Of a stretch of 64,000 bases of DNA, positions 61,655 through 64,000 are shown in pieces. A program made the position numbers and the translations under genes. Below the pieces are notes generated by a model, which had not been told where the DNA came from, did not search any database, and was given only the letters and a program-made list of their open reading frames with translations. Source of the DNA: an uncultured delta proteobacterium (lineage in GTDB: Bacteria; Desulfobacterota; RBG-13-43-22). Every line of letters begins with the position of its first letter. Position 1 is the stretch's first letter. The stretch covers positions 32,001 to 96,000 of the forward strand of contig CAVQFQ010000017.1 in assembly GCA_963711835.1 (NCBI GenBank). Reading direction: 5' to 3'.

Positions 61655-62753
61655 TTTCAAACGACGCTCCTGGGAAAATCTGCACGACGGCTCTCGAGAC
61701 GGCCTGACACCTTTAAAGAGTCTTGATATTAAGGAGGCCCATGATTTTCAGACCCTCCTGGAGGGCATGTCTCAAACCGCCTTCGGCGGCCGGGCATTAG
61801 GGGAAGCCCAGGAAGTCCTTTTTGAAATGGTTCAGGATCCTGATTGTCTGGTCGTCGGCACCTTTTCCGGGGCCATGTCCGTAGCTAAAATGGGTTTATT
61901 GATCTGTGACATGCTGGATTGGGGATGGCTTGATATGGTTATTTCGACCGGGGCCCTCATGGCCCACGGCCTGATTGAATCCGTAGGGTTGGCCCACTAT
62001 AAATACCCCCCGGCCAAGTCGGATGGCGAGTTATATGAAATGGGATATAATCGGATCTATGATACCCTGGAGATGGAAAAAAACCTCAATCACATCGAAG
62101 AAGTCATCAGCCGGGTCCTGGACCGTTTTGATGCCCGATCCCCTCTTTCCTCTGAAATTTTTTGCCGGGAGGTAGGGCGCTATCTGAGTGAAATTACCGA
62201 TCAACCGGGTATCCTCAGGAATGCCTATCTAAAGGGGATACCGGTCTATATCCCGGCCTTTACCGATTCGGAACTGGGTCTGGATGTGGCCACCTGGTCG
62301 ATCCGGCGGGCCCTGGAGACCCGTCAGGTTTCGAACCTCATGGAAGGCCTGACCCAACTGCCCCTCTCTTTCAATCCTTTTTTAGATCTGGGTTCTTATA
62401 CCCAACGGATTATCCGGGCTTCCAAAATCGGTATCTTTACGGTTGGAGGAGGGGTCCCGCGAAATTGGGGCCAACAGGTAGGTCCTTTCCTGGAAGTGCT
62501 CCAGTATCGCTTAAAGGAAGAAATTCCTTTAAAACGTTTTTCTTTTGGAGTCCGCTTGTGTCCTGAACCGGTCCACTGGGGAGGTCTCAGCGGCTGTACG
62601 TATTCGGAAGGAGTATCCTGGGGGAAATTTGTCCCTCCCGAGGAGGGGGGCCGCTATGCCGAGGTCCTGTGTGATGCCACGATTGCCTGGCCGATTTTAA
62701 TGGCCGGGGTTAGACAAAAGATCCTCAAAGCAAAGAAGGGATCTGCTGCATGA
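61647..62753 (+). CDS. Deoxyhypusine synthase-like protein (probable homospermidine synthase)
   Basis: PAFTDSELG, GGGVPRNW, GGLSGCTYSEGVSWGK, CDATI. Confidence 0.88.
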   Translation: MSNFKRRSWENLHDGSRDGLTPLKSLDIKEAHDFQTLLEGMSQTAFGGRALGEAQEVLFEMVQDPDCLVVGTFSGAMSVAKMGLLICDMLDWGWLDMVISTGALMAHGLIESVGLAHYKYPPAKSDGELYEMGYNRIYDTLEMEKNLNHIEEVISRVLDRFDARSPLSSEIFCREVGRYLSEITDQPGILRNAYLKGIPVYIPAFTDSELGLDVATWSIRRALETRQVSNLMEGLTQLPLSFNPFLDLGSYTQRIIRASKIGIFTVGGGVPRNWGQQVGPFLEVLQYRLKEEIPLKRFSFGVRLCPEPVHWGGLSGCTYSEGVSWGKFVPPEEGGRYAEVLCDATIAWPILMAGVRQKILKAKKGSAA

Positions 62754-63022
62754 ACCCAAATAAGAAAAGATTTTTTTTCTTGTTGAGCTGCCTGCTGATT
62801 TGGGCCTTTCTTTTCCCGGAAGCCTGGGGAGCCGAACTGGAACAGATTGAAGGGAAAATAACCCAAATCAATGAACAGCAAGGGACCATTACCATCAATG
62901 GGGTGGTTCTGGATGCCTCCGATTTTGAACTGGGAGACCTTAAGGTCGGCTATTGGGTAATGGGTGAATTTATTAGAGAAAAAAACAAATTGCGCCTGAT
63001 TGACCTGGAAGTAATTAAGTAA
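62750..63022 (+). CDS. Small exported OB-fold-like protein
   Basis: Signal peptide; IEGKITQI...DLKVG. Confidence 0.6.
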   Translation: MNPNKKRFFFLLSCLLIWAFLFPEAWGAELEQIEGKITQINEQQGTITINGVVLDASDFELGDLKVGYWVMGEFIREKNKLRLIDLEVIK

Positions 63023-63030
63023 AAATTATC

Positions 63031-63059
63031 TTGACATGGCTTTTTAGATAGCCTATTAT
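63031..63059 (+). promoter_or_regulatory. Sigma70 promoter
   Basis: TTGACA-N17-TATTAT upstream of 63179. Confidence 0.7.
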
Positions 63060-63178
63060 TCCATGTTAAACAAGGCTTTACTGTTCCTATCTCCTTGAAA
63101 AAAGGTTGATTTTCGGATTAGTGGCCTTTTCTTTTTAAAATAAGACATGCTTTTTAATTTAAGTAAAGGAGGTGAATC

Positions 63179-63391
63179 ATGATGCGGAAATTAATTGCTT
63201 TGGTGCTTGCAGTAATGTTGCTGGTAGTCTTCTCTTTTGCTTTGGGTTGTAAGAAAAAGGAAGAGGCTCCTCCGGCCCCGCCTGCAGCCGAACAAAAAGC
63301 TCCTGAACCAGCTCCGGCCCCGGCGGCAGGAGGTGAGCAGAAGGCTCCTGAAGCAGCCCCGGCCCCGGCCCCGGCTCCAGAAAAAAAATAG
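63179..63391 (+). CDS. Small Pro/Ala-rich lipoprotein
   Basis: SD AAGGAGGTGA, lipobox ALGC, repeated EQKAPE / PAPAPA. Confidence 0.85.
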   Translation: MMRKLIALVLAVMLLVVFSFALGCKKKEEAPPAPPAAEQKAPEPAPAPAAGGEQKAPEAAPAPAPAPEKK

Positions 63392-63421
63392 TTTCTTATT
63401 TAAACATTGGACCTTTGCTCA

Positions 63422-63465
63422 AGGGGACAGTTTTATGAAGCTTATGAAACTGTCCCCTATTTTTT
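63422..63465. terminator. Hairpin terminator
   Basis: AGGGGACAGTTT...AAACTGTCCCCT followed by ATTTTTT. Confidence 0.65.
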
Positions 63466-63999
63466 TGCCCTTGCCCCTTCCTCCTTGGTCATTAATTCCG
63501 CCCAGTGTTTGACCAGCACTTTTTTCCCGCTCCTCAAGACCCCTTCCTTGAATTGCATGAGGCAGGCCATACAAGAGGTGGTGATGCCGTCAATTCCCGG
63601 CTGGTCGAAAGCGCCGGAGGTTCGTTCCAAGATTTTTTTGGACAGCTCTGGATGGCTCAGATGAAAAAGGCCGCCGTGCCCGCAGCACTGCTGAACTTCC
63701 GGTTCAATCAAAGCCAGACCGGGCCTGGAGGCCAGAAGCATCCGCGGTTCCCCGGCAAGGTGAAGCTTTCTTTTGGCGTGGCAGGGGTCATGGAAAAGAA
63801 CTCGTAAAACCTTTTCTTGTCCCGGATCTGCTGCTTTTCTCTCGTAATCGAATCCCTTTTTAGGTGAAACCAGAAATTGACTCAATTCCTGGACCTTCCG
63901 TGTAAAATCAGGTCCCTCATCCCGGACGGTCGGCTCTCCTGCCAGCAATTGAGGATAGGTCAATTTCAAATGAGCGGCACAAGAGGAACAGGAGACCAC
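63457..63999 (-). CDS. CCG-domain Fe-S oxidoreductase (GlcF/HdrB-like), 5' end outside the window
   Basis: CSSC, FHDPCH, CCGHGG, TSCMAC. Confidence 0.8.
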   Translation of the reverse strand: MVSCSSCAAHLKLTYPQLLAGEPTVRDEGPDFTRKVQELSQFLVSPKKGFDYERKAADPGQEKVLRVLFHDPCHAKRKLHLAGEPRMLLASRPGLALIEPEVQQCCGHGGLFHLSHPELSKKILERTSGAFDQPGIDGITTSCMACLMQFKEGVLRSGKKVLVKHWAELMTKEEGARAKK

Positions 64000-64000
64000 C

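Noticed and set aside
63265-63380. GC-rich short repeats (ccggccccgg)
   Set aside because: They encode the Pro/Ala low-complexity lipoprotein tail

Overview
About 64 kb of chromosome from an anaerobic bacterium, most likely Desulfobacterota/Deltaproteobacteria (inferred from gene content). It carries many single-base frameshifts, as expected of an incompletely polished long-read assembly. Layout: (1) 1-15.7 kb, acyl-CoA catabolic cluster: acyl-CoA synthetase, Liv-type ABC transporter, crotonase, thiolase + DUF35, acyl-CoA dehydrogenase, CaiB CoA-transferase, and an FrhB-like gene + iorAB. (2) ~15.9-33.7 kb, a defence/toxin-antitoxin island with every protein gene on the minus strand. It holds an AlbA-HATPase protein, HEPN-MNT, a truncated DUF3800 gene with a convergent structured ncRNA, BrnTA, a SIR2-like protein, a type I RM system, an ABC-ATPase + DUF4276 pair, and RelE-like and AbrB-PIN TA pairs. 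The RM operon encloses an AbiF/Abi_2 HEPN gene with a leader RNA, and its HsdS has two essentially identical TRDs. Several modules are bracketed by direct repeats, as in a cassette array, but no integrase is visible. (3) 34-47.4 kb, acetate/signalling cluster: acs, an apparently catalytically dead CoA-transferase fused to a GNAT, AcuC deacetylase, OFA-family MFS, two histidine kinases, a response regulator and Usp. (4) 47.8-64 kb, housekeeping: tRNA-Phe, rsmE, prmA, larB, radical SAM, CCA/PAP-HD, rfbABD, divergent pgk, a dif-like site inside an inverted-repeat element, and pdaD-speB-DHS-like polyamine genes. No CRISPR array or rRNA was seen. All family calls come from motifs read by eye; no database search was run.
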